Counted from the first letter of the stretch, positions 1-10,132 are shown. The stretch: DNA of 64,000 bases from Myxococcota bacterium (GCA_965140415.1 OZ223209.1:1504001-1568000); one strand, 5' to 3'. Program-made: numbers and translations. Notes: a model not told the origin generated them from the letters alone.

Positions 1-2531
1 GGCATGATGTTTTTAAGCTGTTCGAGCACTTCTTTCATATTTTTCTGCGCGGTCTTCGCGTGTTTGCGATTGTCGCGGTCTCGCTGCGGTTGACGTTGAC
101 TGGGAAATGGCGATTGCAGGAAGGCTTGCAGCGTGTTCAGGTTCTGCATGGCCTGCTCGGCCACATCGAGTGAGCCGCGAACATCCTGATTTTCCATGCT
201 TTTAAGCAGATCCTGCATGTTCTGAATGGCGCGATCTCGATAGGCTTGCAGGTTGTTTAGTCCGCTGGGAGTTACCTGTTCCGCCTCGGCCTTGGCGCTT
301 TTCACTTTCTGAGCCAGTTTGTCCATCTGCTGTTCGAAGTTTTTCTTCATGGCTTCGGCCATCTGCTGCTTGTATTGTTCCTGCTGGGCCATGGTCTGAC
401 GTTGCAGGTTTTCTTCCTTTTCCTTCAATTGCGCCAGATCCGTTGCCGCATTCATCATCTTTTTCATCGCTTCGGAATACAGCGATTCGCCTAGCTGCTC
501 GCTGCCTTCCTTCAGGTTATCCAACAACTGGTTCAACTGCTGGGACATCTGCTCCAGTTGCTGCAAGGCGCGTTCCAGATCGCCGTTTGCCAGCATTTGC
601 TCCAGCGAATCGAGATTCTGGTTCATGTTTTCCGTGTCCATCGACTCCATGTTGACGAACTCTTCCGGAATCTCCTTTCGTATTTGAGCCATTTTCTGGG
701 CCAACTCTTCCATTTTCTTTCGGAATTCAGCCATCAACTGCTGGATGCGTTCCTTCAACTGTTCGTTTCCGGTGGCCTTGTATTCCTCCAGCAGGCGGCG
801 CAACTCGTCACGCATCTGGGCCAGCTTTTCGCTGTCGTGCACCAGTGCGTCGTATTTCTGTTTTTGCAGCAGTTCGTACAACTCCATGATGTACTTTTCC
901 AACCGCTGAATGCTGCCCTCGCGTAAGCCGTTCAAGCGATGGAAGCCGAAAAGCACATCTCCACTGCGTTGCATCATGTTTTCGATTTCGACCGCCATGT
1001 TGTTGTAGTCGTCCCGATGCGCCAGGAAATCCTCGAACATGTTGCCGAGCATATGCTGCACCGCTTCGGTGCTTAAGGGGTCGTCTTTCAACTCCTTTAA
1101 AATTGCCTGCAACGGATCGACAATGATTTCAGTAAGTTGCCGAATGGTATCGTCGAAGGCTTTCAACACTTCACTGGCCAGCTTGATTTTCTCCTGGCCG
1201 GGCGGGTTTTCCAGATAGCCCGCCAATAATCCCAGCATGCCTTCCCAAAGTTGTTCCTGGCGTTCGATGAGCTTTTGGTGATGTTCGTACATCGAGAAAA
1301 TCTTCAATACCTGGGTGGCGGATCGTCCTTTATTGGGACCGCTGACACTGTTGTTGTCGGTGGCTTCGATGTAATAACTAACACGGTCGCCCGGTTGAAA
1401 GCGCAGCGTGGCCAGATCCCACAGCCACTCGGATTGGTGGCGGCGTTTGGAAGGCTCGAAGCTTTCGATCGGGAACCGACGATCTTCGCGTCCCTTGCCC
1501 GTGTCGTAGTTCATGACCAATTCGATTTTACTCAGGCCGAAATCGTCTTCGGCTTCATAAGCGATCTCGATCTGATCGGTTTCGCGCACTTCCATTTCAC
1601 TGGGAGGATAGGCAATACGCACACCGGGGGAGCGATCCGGCAGAACGAGAATTTTTCTGGCGCGCGAATCGGCGACGTCGTCGAACTGGAAGTAATAGCT
1701 GTCCTTGGCCGCAACCGACAGTGTCCCCTCGAAGCGCTGTTGACCCAAGGAGTCCAGGGAAATCTCGCCGCCTTCATCCATCACCAAAGAAGCTTGTTCC
1801 GCGTTTGTGGCAGCGCGCACGTTGACTTTGACCTGGGTGCCCGGATAGGCTTCGATATCGCCGGAACAGTTTTTCACTTCCAGCCGGTCCAGGCCGGTAT
1901 AGGCCGGATAGGTGTACGTCAGGTTGACATCTCCGGCTAAAAAGCTGGCTTCGCCGGAAAGAAAAGACGCCGCTCCGTAGCGCCCAAGTATGGAAGAGAA
2001 GGCCCCGCGCGTACTGTTGGGAGCAAGCCAGATCAATAGGGCGATCAGCATGGCTGTCAGCAGGGTTCGCCCCATGGGGCGCCATAACCCACCATAGGGC
2101 ACCAACTTGCCCGGTGAGACAGTATCGAGCAGCGGGAAGACGCTTTCAACACTGGCCTTTGCCAGCGTGGGCGAGTAGGGCTGTTGTCGTCCTTCGCTTT
2201 CGGTAAATTGCACCGCGCTTAACAGCCGGTCGCTAAGCGTAATATTTCTTGCTTCGACGTAGGCGGCGATGCCGTCGGATGGGCGATATGTCCGGTAAGG
2301 CAACCACAGGAATTTACGGATCAAATACACGCTGCAAGCAGTCAGCAGGACCGCAAAAATGATCTGAAGGCTTAGCCCCACCGCACCCAGGGCGAAAAAA
2401 CCGATGGCCAGCAGGAAAAGCCCGAACGTGCTTTCAAGCAGCCGCAGCCCCGCTTCCAGCCAGAAGCGCAGCATCAGTCGACGTCGCACGGAATCGATGA
2501 AAGCCGATAACTGACGATACGAATCGCTCAT
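1..2531 (-). CDS. DUF4175-like large membrane-anchored coiled-coil protein (3' end runs off the window)
   Basis: Absent from the ORF track. Hand translation from ATG 2531 (ATGA overlap with the nagZ stop) gives MSDSYRQLSAFIDSVRRRLMLRFWLEAG..., N-terminal TM helices and DRLLSAVQF. The same frame reads as Q/E/M-rich coiled coil at position 1 (..MKEVLEQLKNIM). Confidence 0.75.
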   Translation of the reverse strand, partial: MSDSYRQLSAFIDSVRRRLMLRFWLEAGLRLLESTFGLFLLAIGFFALGAVGLSLQIIFAVLLTACSVYLIRKFLWLPYRTYRPSDGIAAYVEARNITLSDRLLSAVQFTESEGRQQPYSPTLAKASVESVFPLLDTVSPGKLVPYGGLWRPMGRTLLTAMLIALLIWLAPNSTRGAFSSILGRYGAASFLSGEASFLAGDVNLTYTYPAYTGLDRLEVKNCSGDIEAYPGTQVKVNVRAATNAEQASLVMDEGGEISLDSLGQQRFEGTLSVAAKDSYYFQFDDVADSRARKILVLPDRSPGVRIAYPPSEMEVRETDQIEIAYEAEDDFGLSKIELVMNYDTGKGREDRRFPIESFEPSKRRHQSEWLWDLATLRFQPGDRVSYYIEATDNNSVSGPNKGRSATQVLKIFSMYEHHQKLIERQEQLWEGMLGLLAGYLENPPGQEKIKLASEVLKAFDDTIRQLTEIIVDPLQAILKELKDDPLSTEAVQHMLGNMFEDFLAHRDDYNNMAVEIENMMQRSGDVLFGFHRLNGLREGSIQRLEKYIMELYELLQKQKYDALVHDSEKLAQMRDELRRLLEEYKATGNEQLKERIQQLMAEFRKKMEELAQKMAQIRKEIPEEFVNMESMDTENMNQNLDSLEQMLANGDLERALQQLEQMSQQLNQLLDNLKEGSEQLGESLYSEAMKKMMNAATDLAQLKEKEENLQRQTMAQQEQYKQQMAEAMKKNFEQQMDKLAQKVKSAKAEAEQVTPSGLNNLQAYRDRAIQNMQDLLKSMENQDVRGSLDVAEQAMQNLNTLQAFLQSPFPSQRQPQRDRDNRKHAKTAQKNMKEVLEQLKNIM

Positions 2532-3532
2532 GAATACGGATCCTTGAACAGCAATCGGTTTTTCATCGACACGATACGGTCGTGAGATTCCTTTAGACGT
2601 TCCGGTGGCACGTCGCCGTTGCGAACCAGCCGTTGCAGCCAGATCAGCACTTCTTCCGCCAGTTCGTAGCTGTGGCAGATAGGGAACAGGTCGATGCCGG
2701 CGTTTAGCATCCCTCGAACGATTTCCTCCGTCGAGTAGCGCCCGTGAATGGCTTTCATCTCCAGATCGTCCGCCATCAATACGCCCTGAAAGCCAAGTTC
2801 CCCGCGCAACAGGTCGGTGCAGATCGGGCGTGATAGGCTGGCGGGCGTTTCCGGGTCCAAGGCATCATAAACAACATGCGCCACCATTAACAGGTGCATG
2901 CCCGCTTCGATTGCGGCTCGGAAGGGCGCAAGTTCCACCTGGTCGAGCCGTTCTCTGTCGTGACTGACGCTGGGCAACGTGAGGTGACTGTCCTGAAAGG
3001 TGTCTCCATGTCCCGGAAAGTGTTTGCCGCAACCCAATAGTCCGGCTTTGCGCAGCCCTTTCCAATAGGCGTTGGCATAGCGCCAGACGGTTTCCGGGTC
3101 GGAGCCGAAGGCGCGGTCGCCGATGATGGGGTTTTTCGGGTTGGTATCCACATCCAATACCGGAGCCAAATTGACGTTCACTCCGATTTCCCGCAGCCGC
3201 ATCGCCATGTAATAGACGTCCTTTTCAACGTCTTCCGGTTTGTAGCTGGCCAGTTCGCGCGCACTGGGCAAGCGAAAGAGGCGCTCTTGCAGGCGCATTA
3301 CTCGGCCACCTTCCTGATCGATCATGACCAGTAGCGGCGTTTCGGCGCGGCGCTGCATCGCTTCGACCAATTGGCGCGTGGTTTCCGAGTCCTTGCAGCT
3401 TCGTTTGAACAGCAATACACCACCGACTCGATCTTCGGAAATCAGGCGCAGCAGCGTTGCATCGGTGCGATCTTCATTCGGACTACAGGCGACCATCTGC
3501 CCGGCCCAGCGTGCCAGCTCAGCCTGGTTCAT
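2528..3532 (-). CDS. nagZ: beta-N-acetylhexosaminidase (GH3)
   Basis: Motifs IDQEGGRVMRL, NLAPVLDV, KHFPGHGDT..DSH and DDLEM. Confidence 0.93.
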   Translation of the reverse strand: MNQAELARWAGQMVACSPNEDRTDATLLRLISEDRVGGVLLFKRSCKDSETTRQLVEAMQRRAETPLLVMIDQEGGRVMRLQERLFRLPSARELASYKPEDVEKDVYYMAMRLREIGVNVNLAPVLDVDTNPKNPIIGDRAFGSDPETVWRYANAYWKGLRKAGLLGCGKHFPGHGDTFQDSHLTLPSVSHDRERLDQVELAPFRAAIEAGMHLLMVAHVVYDALDPETPASLSRPICTDLLRGELGFQGVLMADDLEMKAIHGRYSTEEIVRGMLNAGIDLFPICHSYELAEEVLIWLQRLVRNGDVPPERLKESHDRIVSMKNRLLFKDPYS

Positions 3533-5837
3533 GCGTTTCCTCCTCTACATAATGCAACACGCGGCGGCTGTGTTCTATTCCTTCCGGCCAGTTGATTTCC
3601 TGGCAGAAACGGATCGAATCCAGCAGCATCAGGCGCGAATGTTCCTGGTCTTTTTTCAATGCGTACAGGCGACCGCCCTGCATCGAAAGGGTGGCCATCG
3701 ATTGTCGGTCGCCTACGGTGCGGGCGACATTGAGTCCCAGGTTGATAAAGCCGATGGCGCGGTCGTATTCCTGCCGCTGGCCGTATAAAGCGCCCAGCCG
3801 TTCCATGGATCGGATCATGCATTTGACGTTGCGGCTTTTCATACTGCTTTCCATCGCTTCGATCAACAGCGGCAGCGATTGACTCAACTCGTTGCGATCC
3901 AGTTTCAGCTGACCCAGCGAAAGGCGGATTTCGGCGGACCAGTGGCGCGTCGGCTCCACTTCCGGTTCGACGTGATCGGTCATTTCCAATGCTTCAACCA
4001 GCAAATCCTCCGCTTTTTCAAAAACTTGCTGTAGTCGCAGCAATTCTCCGTGTTTACCCAATGCACGGCTGATGGTGTAGGGGTCGCCATGCAAACGGGC
4101 TTTGTCGATGGCTTCCTGTAGGCAGTTGGTGGCTTCGATCTTCTGACCACGATTCATCAACAGGTCACTTAGTTCCAATAGCGTGTCGATGGTCAGGTAG
4201 GTCATTTGCAGATCGTTGGCCATTTCCAGAATCAAGCGATAGGTTTTCTGGGCGCGCTTGGCGTCTCGCATGGCTCGATAACAGCGGCCAAGCTTGAACA
4301 GTACATGCAGCATCTTTTTACGCTGAATGTCCGTGCTGTTTTCGGGATTGGCAGTCAGGTAACGGGCGATCTGGCTTTCCCGCTGGAAGCAGAGTGCAGC
4401 CATGCGGAAGTGCAACTGGCGCATCAAAGTGTTGCCGACCATATCCAGCGTCTGCATCAGATGAGCCGCTTTTTCGTTCTGGAAAACGATGTGATGCACG
4501 ATCAACCAGTTTTTCATCGGTTGATTCAAGGTCTGGGATTTTTGCAGGTATTCCGCAATCTTGGGGTGAAAGACCTGCAAACCGGCGGCGGATGTCTGCC
4601 GATAAACCCATTCCTGTAGGTAATTATGACTGAAATTGATGAACTGCTGCTCACCCAGAATCCGTGTACGGATGAAGTGGGCCTTGATCAACTCATCCAG
4701 ATCTTCCATCAGATAATTGGCGTAGCTGTACAGGTTTTTCAGTGCGGTAACGCAGGATTCGCTGGCCAGACAGGCGATCAGCCGCAGCAGATCCTGAATG
4801 TGCGGCTTAATCAGCTTGAAGCGCTCGGCCATCAACTCGGAAAGTTCGCTCGGGATCGCCATGCCACGCAGTTTTTCACTGACCCGCCAGCTTCCATGAA
4901 GCAGGATAAGGTAGTCCTTGTCGCGCAGATAATCCAGCAATACGAATAATACCAAGGGGTTTCCGTTGCTTTGCGTTTGCAGGTTTTCTTCCAGTTCAAT
5001 CGGTAGCCGTTCGGTTTCGAAATGCTGGCGCGCCAACTGTAACAGGTGTTTCATGTTCAGCGGAGGCAGTGGCAGCATATGCACGTGCGGATTGGGCGAA
5101 AGCACGGAATTCGCTTCGCGGCTGGTAGTGATGATCAGCACGCGCTCGTTTTGAATGATTTCTTCCAGCGTTTTCAAGTAACCGAACGACAGACTGTCTG
5201 TCAGGTGCAGATGATCCAGGATCAACGCCAGCGGTGCTTTCTTGGCCAGACGGCGAATCAAGTGCGTGATTGCGGTGCTTAGTCCCATCAAGCGCACGCG
5301 GTCGTCCAGGCGCTGATCGGTGGTCTGGGGAATATCGATTGGGAAAAGGTGCGACAGATAGTGGGTATCCACCGCGCTCAATCCAAGCGAGCGCAGGTTG
5401 GAAATCATGGCGGCTACCATGTGTCGCGGTGTTGTTGGAGTAATTCCGGTTATTTGCACTACCAGTTGATGAAACAGGTGGTAGGACAGATTATTGAACT
5501 CCGGCATGCCATGCAAGCGGAACACTTGAAAACCGTTGTCATTTAGAAAGGGTGGTAATTGTTGGGTGAACGCGGTTTTACCGATGCCGATCGGACCTTC
5601 GACCACGATCATCTGGCCCTGGTGGTTTAGAACCTTCTCCACAATCGGTGGAACGAGCTGCAATTGTTCTTCGCGTCCAAGAAAGAGTTTCTGCGTTCGA
5701 ATTGCAGTTTCCGTTAGCGAAAACACCTGTGGTTTCCAGCCGCTTTCCGGCATGGGCAGGCCGCAGCTACCGCAGAATTTCGCAGTTTCGATTAAAGTTT
5801 CCCCACAACTTGGACAAGTAACGGTCGTATGTGACAC
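3519..5837 (-). CDS. Double zinc ribbon + STAND/AAA_16-type ATPase + TPR protein, with no cyclase domain
   Basis: CPSCG..AKFCGSCG, Walker A GPIGIGKT, Walker B-like LILDHLH, GNPL motif, FSHNYLQEWVY and TPR-like C-terminus. Start moved from 6002 to GTG 5837 (RBS AGGA upstream; a promoter lies inside the extension). Confidence 0.8.
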   Translation of the reverse strand: MSHTTVTCPSCGETLIETAKFCGSCGLPMPESGWKPQVFSLTETAIRTQKLFLGREEQLQLVPPIVEKVLNHQGQMIVVEGPIGIGKTAFTQQLPPFLNDNGFQVFRLHGMPEFNNLSYHLFHQLVVQITGITPTTPRHMVAAMISNLRSLGLSAVDTHYLSHLFPIDIPQTTDQRLDDRVRLMGLSTAITHLIRRLAKKAPLALILDHLHLTDSLSFGYLKTLEEIIQNERVLIITTSREANSVLSPNPHVHMLPLPPLNMKHLLQLARQHFETERLPIELEENLQTQSNGNPLVLFVLLDYLRDKDYLILLHGSWRVSEKLRGMAIPSELSELMAERFKLIKPHIQDLLRLIACLASESCVTALKNLYSYANYLMEDLDELIKAHFIRTRILGEQQFINFSHNYLQEWVYRQTSAAGLQVFHPKIAEYLQKSQTLNQPMKNWLIVHHIVFQNEKAAHLMQTLDMVGNTLMRQLHFRMAALCFQRESQIARYLTANPENSTDIQRKKMLHVLFKLGRCYRAMRDAKRAQKTYRLILEMANDLQMTYLTIDTLLELSDLLMNRGQKIEATNCLQEAIDKARLHGDPYTISRALGKHGELLRLQQVFEKAEDLLVEALEMTDHVEPEVEPTRHWSAEIRLSLGQLKLDRNELSQSLPLLIEAMESSMKSRNVKCMIRSMERLGALYGQRQEYDRAIGFINLGLNVARTVGDRQSMATLSMQGGRLYALKKDQEHSRLMLLDSIRFCQEINWPEGIEHSRRVLHYVEEETHEPG

Positions 5838-5972
5838 GTGCTGATTTCCTGTCGTTTCTACTCTCCACCCCGCCGGTTCGACTGAAACCCGATGGATGAA
5901 TCCATCCAGGGATGGGGACGAGTTGTCATTCGTATACGAGTCGAGAATCTCGACGCATTTCCATAACCTATC

Positions 5973-6002
5973 ATTATATTCCCACTCACCGTGCGAACGC
6001 AA
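5973..6002 (-). promoter_or_regulatory. sigma70-type promoter TTGCGT-N18-TATAAT for the ATPase-nagZ-DUF4175 operon
   Basis: Read on the minus strand just downstream of the upstream gene's terminator. Confidence 0.55.
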
Positions 6003-6024
6003 GCCTTGTAGCCGCTAGAAAAGC

Positions 6025-6060
6025 AAAAAAACAGGCCATGAGCGTTTGCCCATGGCCTGA
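6025..6060 (-). terminator. Rho-independent terminator
   Basis: CAGGCCATG/CATGGCCTG stem followed by a T7 tract on the minus strand, after the stop at 6085. Confidence 0.85.
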
Positions 6061-6084
6061 AGGGAGGTTTGTGTTGGGATCTGC

Positions 6085-7548
6085 TTAGATGCAGAAGCCG
6101 ATGACGCCGTAGACGATGGCACTGCAACTGTAACCCGCACAGCAGGAGCGCAGACCCCAGCCGCAGATCAGCGGATTCTGGCATTCGCAGGTGTAGCAGT
6201 TCGGCGCGCTGGCGGCGTCGCAACACTCGTCATCGCCGCATTTCGGGCAATTCAGAGCGCAGGCGTTATACAATGGATCGCATACATGACCCGCCGGGCA
6301 GGAACCGCCGCAGTCGCCCAGGCCATCGCCGATGCCGCAGCGGCCATCGTTCTGGCATTCCATGTTGCCGGGGCAGGGGTTGGATTCGCCGCACATTTCC
6401 AGGCAGCAGCCTTCGCGCTGGCCGATGGGAATTTCGCAGTATTCGCCGAAGTGGCAGGCGGCGTTACTGGAGCAGGCATAACACTCTTCGTATACGCACT
6501 TGCCGTAGTTCAATGAACTGAGATTCTGATCGCAGTAATGATGCGTCGGGCAGGATTGGCCCATCACATCGCAACGAGTATAACACAAGCCGTCATCCAT
6601 GCCGGGGCGCTTGTCGCAGAATTGGTTGTGTTCGCAGTTAGCGTCGGAAACGCAGTAACCGGCCACGCGTTCACATTCGCCGCCAACGCAGCTATACCCG
6701 CGCGGACAGTTTCCGCCTGCCAGATCGCAATAAATCCGGCACTCGCCGTTGCCTTCCGAGTCTTCTTCGGTAAAGCAGTATTCATTGTTTCCCGCGCAGC
6801 CGTCGTCCGACGTGCAGGGCACGCCTACCGGTTCGTCTTCATCGCCGTCCGCTGCATCGCCATCGGCAGCCGTGTCGCCATCCACCGGAACGTCGATGTC
6901 CTGGCACATACCGTCGATGCACAACTGGTCGTCGTCGCAGGTGCGATAGTATTCATAGTCGGAGCCGTCGGACTTGCAGCGCTGGATGTCGTCGTCGTAG
7001 CAGCGGTAGGTATCCGGACAGCAGAAGGTACTGCCGTCGCACCAGTCGCCGCCGTCGGAGTTGACGCAATCTCCGTTGATGCAACGTGTTTCGCCCGAGC
7101 AGCGCTTGTAAGCAACCCATTTTTTTTCGTTGTTGCAGCGAACGATGTTTTGCAGATCCTGGCAGTCGTAGGTGTCCGGCGTGCATTCGGTCGAGGTTGT
7201 GTCGCCGTCGACAGCCGTGTCCTCGTCGCCGTCGCCACTCGTGCCGTCGCAAGCTGCCGCCGGGGTACAATAGTAACCCGAACCGATGCGCTGGCAGCAG
7301 CCGCCGAAAAAGGCGTTGACGTCCTGGCATTCGCCGTCGTTCGTGCAGAGTTTCGAGCAGATGGCGGTGCCGCCGATCGGGATGCATTCGGCGCCATCGC
7401 CGCAAGCGGAGCCGGGAGAGCAGGGTTGGCCAAGTGTCGGAGTGCCGGTGGAGTCGCCGTCGAGATCGTCTACAACTTCATCGCTGTTGCAACCTGCCAG
7501 CAACAACACACCCATCAGCGCCATAATCATCCACTTCCAGACAGACAT
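6085..7548 (-). CDS. Very Cys-rich lipoprotein with DGD linkers
   Basis: Lipobox LLLAGC; about 67 Cys by hand count; several DGD motifs; RBS AGGAGG before ATG 7548 (the track starts at TTG 7557). Confidence 0.85.
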   Translation of the reverse strand: MSVWKWMIMALMGVLLLAGCNSDEVVDDLDGDSTGTPTLGQPCSPGSACGDGAECIPIGGTAICSKLCTNDGECQDVNAFFGGCCQRIGSGYYCTPAAACDGTSGDGDEDTAVDGDTTSTECTPDTYDCQDLQNIVRCNNEKKWVAYKRCSGETRCINGDCVNSDGGDWCDGSTFCCPDTYRCYDDDIQRCKSDGSDYEYYRTCDDDQLCIDGMCQDIDVPVDGDTAADGDAADGDEDEPVGVPCTSDDGCAGNNEYCFTEEDSEGNGECRIYCDLAGGNCPRGYSCVGGECERVAGYCVSDANCEHNQFCDKRPGMDDGLCYTRCDVMGQSCPTHHYCDQNLSSLNYGKCVYEECYACSSNAACHFGEYCEIPIGQREGCCLEMCGESNPCPGNMECQNDGRCGIGDGLGDCGGSCPAGHVCDPLYNACALNCPKCGDDECCDAASAPNCYTCECQNPLICGWGLRSCCAGYSCSAIVYGVIGFCI

Positions 7549-7632
7549 TACCACCAACCTCCTTTTTGGGCCTCATTTCGTGGCGAGTGTGGGACTTTAC
7601 GATTTTTCCTATTGAATTCCCACAACAGACTC

Positions 7633-7667
7633 ATTATAATGAAGTTGGACTCGCCTTGTCAACTTCA
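7633..7667 (-). promoter_or_regulatory. sigma70 promoter TTGACA-N18-TATAAT overlapped by inverted repeat TGAAGTTG-N12-CAACTTCA
   Basis: -35 at 7662-7657, -10 at 7638-7633; repeat arms at 7640-7647 and 7660-7667. Confidence 0.7.
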
Positions 7668-7756
7668 AACGTGAGAAGGCGAAATGCGTCGTTGGCGCAT
7701 CCTCGCCCTTGGTCTCAAGGACGCGGGGATTGTTGTATTTACAGGGGGGAGGAATC

Positions 7757-10132
7757 ATGAAGCCAGGCAAAAAGGTGGTATCGATGAAACGTAAGATGTT
7801 TGTTTTGCTGGTCGGAATGCTCGTGGCTGGGTTATTGCTTGCGTCCTGTTCGGATTCTTCCAGCGCCAATGGCAACCCCGATGGGGATTTCACCCAGGTG
7901 TGTTCCATCGATGAGGAATGCGAAGTCGGTCTGTGCTGTTTGCAGAGCATCTGCCAGCCCTGCACCGATGGCGATCTTGTTGTTCCCGATTACGACGGTG
8001 ACAACTTCGTGGATGGCGATCAGATTGCAGACGGCGACGACGACTGGTCGATTCCGACCGCCAAGGAGCGCCTGATTTTCATCGATCCCGAGGAAGTCAA
8101 CTTCGGCTCCGTGCAAATCAACGGTTTGGTGACCAAATCGTTTTCAATCCGTAATGTGAGCAACGAAGACATTAACCTGACCATTTATAGCGTCAGTTAT
8201 AACGACACTCTGCAAACTGCCGAATTCAGCCTGACGAATCTCGAAAACTATGACTTTCCGGTCGTTTTGCTGCGCGAACAGAGCATGTCCATTGAAATTA
8301 CCTATGCACCTACAGACACCGGAATCGACACCGGTGTGGTCGATATCGTATCCGATGCCAGCAACGAACCGCTGGCTCATGTGCAATTGGTTTCTCGGTA
8401 CAAAGGTACCAAATTTATCGAAGTCAGTCCGCTGCATCATGATTTCGGCGGGCTGGATCTGGGTTCAACTCCGGTGGAGCAGGAATTCGTGATCAAGAAC
8501 ATCGGTGAGCCCAGTGGAAACAAGGTGTTGACCATCAGCGATATCCGCCTGGCCAGTGGTTTCGAAAATGACAATTTCTCGATTATTTCGGGTGAGATCG
8601 ACCGCTTGAATCCGGTGCAGCTTACTCCTTTTCAAGCGGATATCCAGTTGCCGATTCACACCTTTACCGTGCGCTACAGCCCGCAGACCAAGGCCAATAT
8701 CTTCAGTCCGCATTCCGAGCGCATTCTGATCGTCAACGATTCCGACGACATTACCGAGCAGATCAAAAACGTCACCGTGGAAGGCTGGGCGGAATCCTCA
8801 TTGCTTTCGGTAATTCCTTTCCCAATCGAATTCGGAACGGTCATCATTCACGATCACGAATGCTTGCCGCCCGACACCTGCAATCCCGACTACGGCACCT
8901 GCTGCCCCAACGGGCAGGTCTGCCTGGAAGTCTCCGGCGAGCACCAGTGCTACAAGCAGAAAGATGTGCAGATTGCAAACTGGAGTGACAATCCGGTGGC
9001 GCTGAAGGAACTGCGGCTGAGTCCACGTGGGGAGTGCCCGGTTTTCCGTATTGATGATTACAACGGCATCGCCGGGCAGCTTTGCGACACGGTTGACGAC
9101 TGTGCCGCCAATATGACCTGTGAACCGATTGCGGGCGAAAGCGAAGACTTGAAGTTTTGTCATGTTGACCAAGGATCGGATAAACTTGTTAATTTCCGGA
9201 TGACATACAAACCAGTTGAAGTTGTGACCGACACCTGCAACCTACAGATTTTCAGCACCCTGCCGGGCGCGGATGTAATGAACTTCGAAGTTACCGGCAA
9301 AGGCCGTTTGCCCAATGTCGCGCCAGTACCGCGTTTGGCGTTACAGAGTCACGGTCCGATCATTGTCGAGCCGATCTGGGGCATTGAGGAAGACACCACT
9401 TTGTGCTTCTATGGCGATGTCAGCTACGACGAAGACGGAGAAATCATTCCGCCGGGTGTCTGGTCGATGCCGGTCATGCCAGCCGGAAGCAGCGCCTATT
9501 TCCGCTATCTGGATAACGACCAGTTCAGTTCCTGTGTGAAGTTCGATAAGGCAGGCGATTATGAAATCCACTTCACCGTCAGCGACGATGAAGGCGCTTG
9601 GGGCGATCCCTTCCGGGTCTATGTTACCGTGAATGGGCAGCAGGGGCTGAGCATCGTGTTGCGTTTCGAGCGGGGAGATAACTCCTTCTTCGGCAACAAC
9701 CTGGTCGATATGGACCTGGGGATGATTTCTCCCAGCGGTTTTAAATGCAGCGACGATACCATTATGAACACCGGCACCTGTGTCTTCGGATTGGGTGAAG
9801 GCGTAGTGACAATGCCGACGGTTTGCACCGGCGGCGGCACCTGTAACGGAGTGGAGGAAATGCGCGGCCTGAACATGGTCGATGGAGCCTATAAAATCGA
9901 GGTGACCTATGCGAGCGACTGCGAGGTGTACAATAACTGGCTGATCCAGCCCTTCTGCGGTTCTCGCCTGAAAAACAACGATTTCAAGATTGAAATCTAC
10001 GACACCTCCGATTTCAGCGGCAACACGCTCTTCCCGATCATTTCCGGCACATTGAGAGAAGAGGGTGATTCAATGAGTTGGTTGTTCGTGCGCGATAACG
10101 GTCTCTGGCAGCAGCCGATATCGATGAACTAG
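7757..10132 (+). CDS. Surface lipoprotein with choice-of-anchor D/ASH Ig-like domains, Cys-rich inserts and a PKD-like domain
   Basis: Lipobox LLASC, DGD linker, repeated P..(V/H)(N/D)FG.V....I.N motifs, PKD-like GDYEIHFTVSDDEG. RBS GGAGGA before ATG 7757. Confidence 0.75.
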   Translation: MKPGKKVVSMKRKMFVLLVGMLVAGLLLASCSDSSSANGNPDGDFTQVCSIDEECEVGLCCLQSICQPCTDGDLVVPDYDGDNFVDGDQIADGDDDWSIPTAKERLIFIDPEEVNFGSVQINGLVTKSFSIRNVSNEDINLTIYSVSYNDTLQTAEFSLTNLENYDFPVVLLREQSMSIEITYAPTDTGIDTGVVDIVSDASNEPLAHVQLVSRYKGTKFIEVSPLHHDFGGLDLGSTPVEQEFVIKNIGEPSGNKVLTISDIRLASGFENDNFSIISGEIDRLNPVQLTPFQADIQLPIHTFTVRYSPQTKANIFSPHSERILIVNDSDDITEQIKNVTVEGWAESSLLSVIPFPIEFGTVIIHDHECLPPDTCNPDYGTCCPNGQVCLEVSGEHQCYKQKDVQIANWSDNPVALKELRLSPRGECPVFRIDDYNGIAGQLCDTVDDCAANMTCEPIAGESEDLKFCHVDQGSDKLVNFRMTYKPVEVVTDTCNLQIFSTLPGADVMNFEVTGKGRLPNVAPVPRLALQSHGPIIVEPIWGIEEDTTLCFYGDVSYDEDGEIIPPGVWSMPVMPAGSSAYFRYLDNDQFSSCVKFDKAGDYEIHFTVSDDEGAWGDPFRVYVTVNGQQGLSIVLRFERGDNSFFGNNLVDMDLGMISPSGFKCSDDTIMNTGTCVFGLGEGVVTMPTVCTGGGTCNGVEEMRGLNMVDGAYKIEVTYASDCEVYNNWLIQPFCGSRLKNNDFKIEIYDTSDFSGNTLFPIISGTLREEGDSMSWLFVRDNGLWQQPISMN

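Noticed and set aside
5838-6002. N-terminal extensions in the ORF track (also 13912-14034, 16113-16220, 32214-32468, 52684-52743, 60830-60928)
   Set aside because: They overlap promoters or neighbouring genes; the downstream starts have a better RBS or match domain boundaries.
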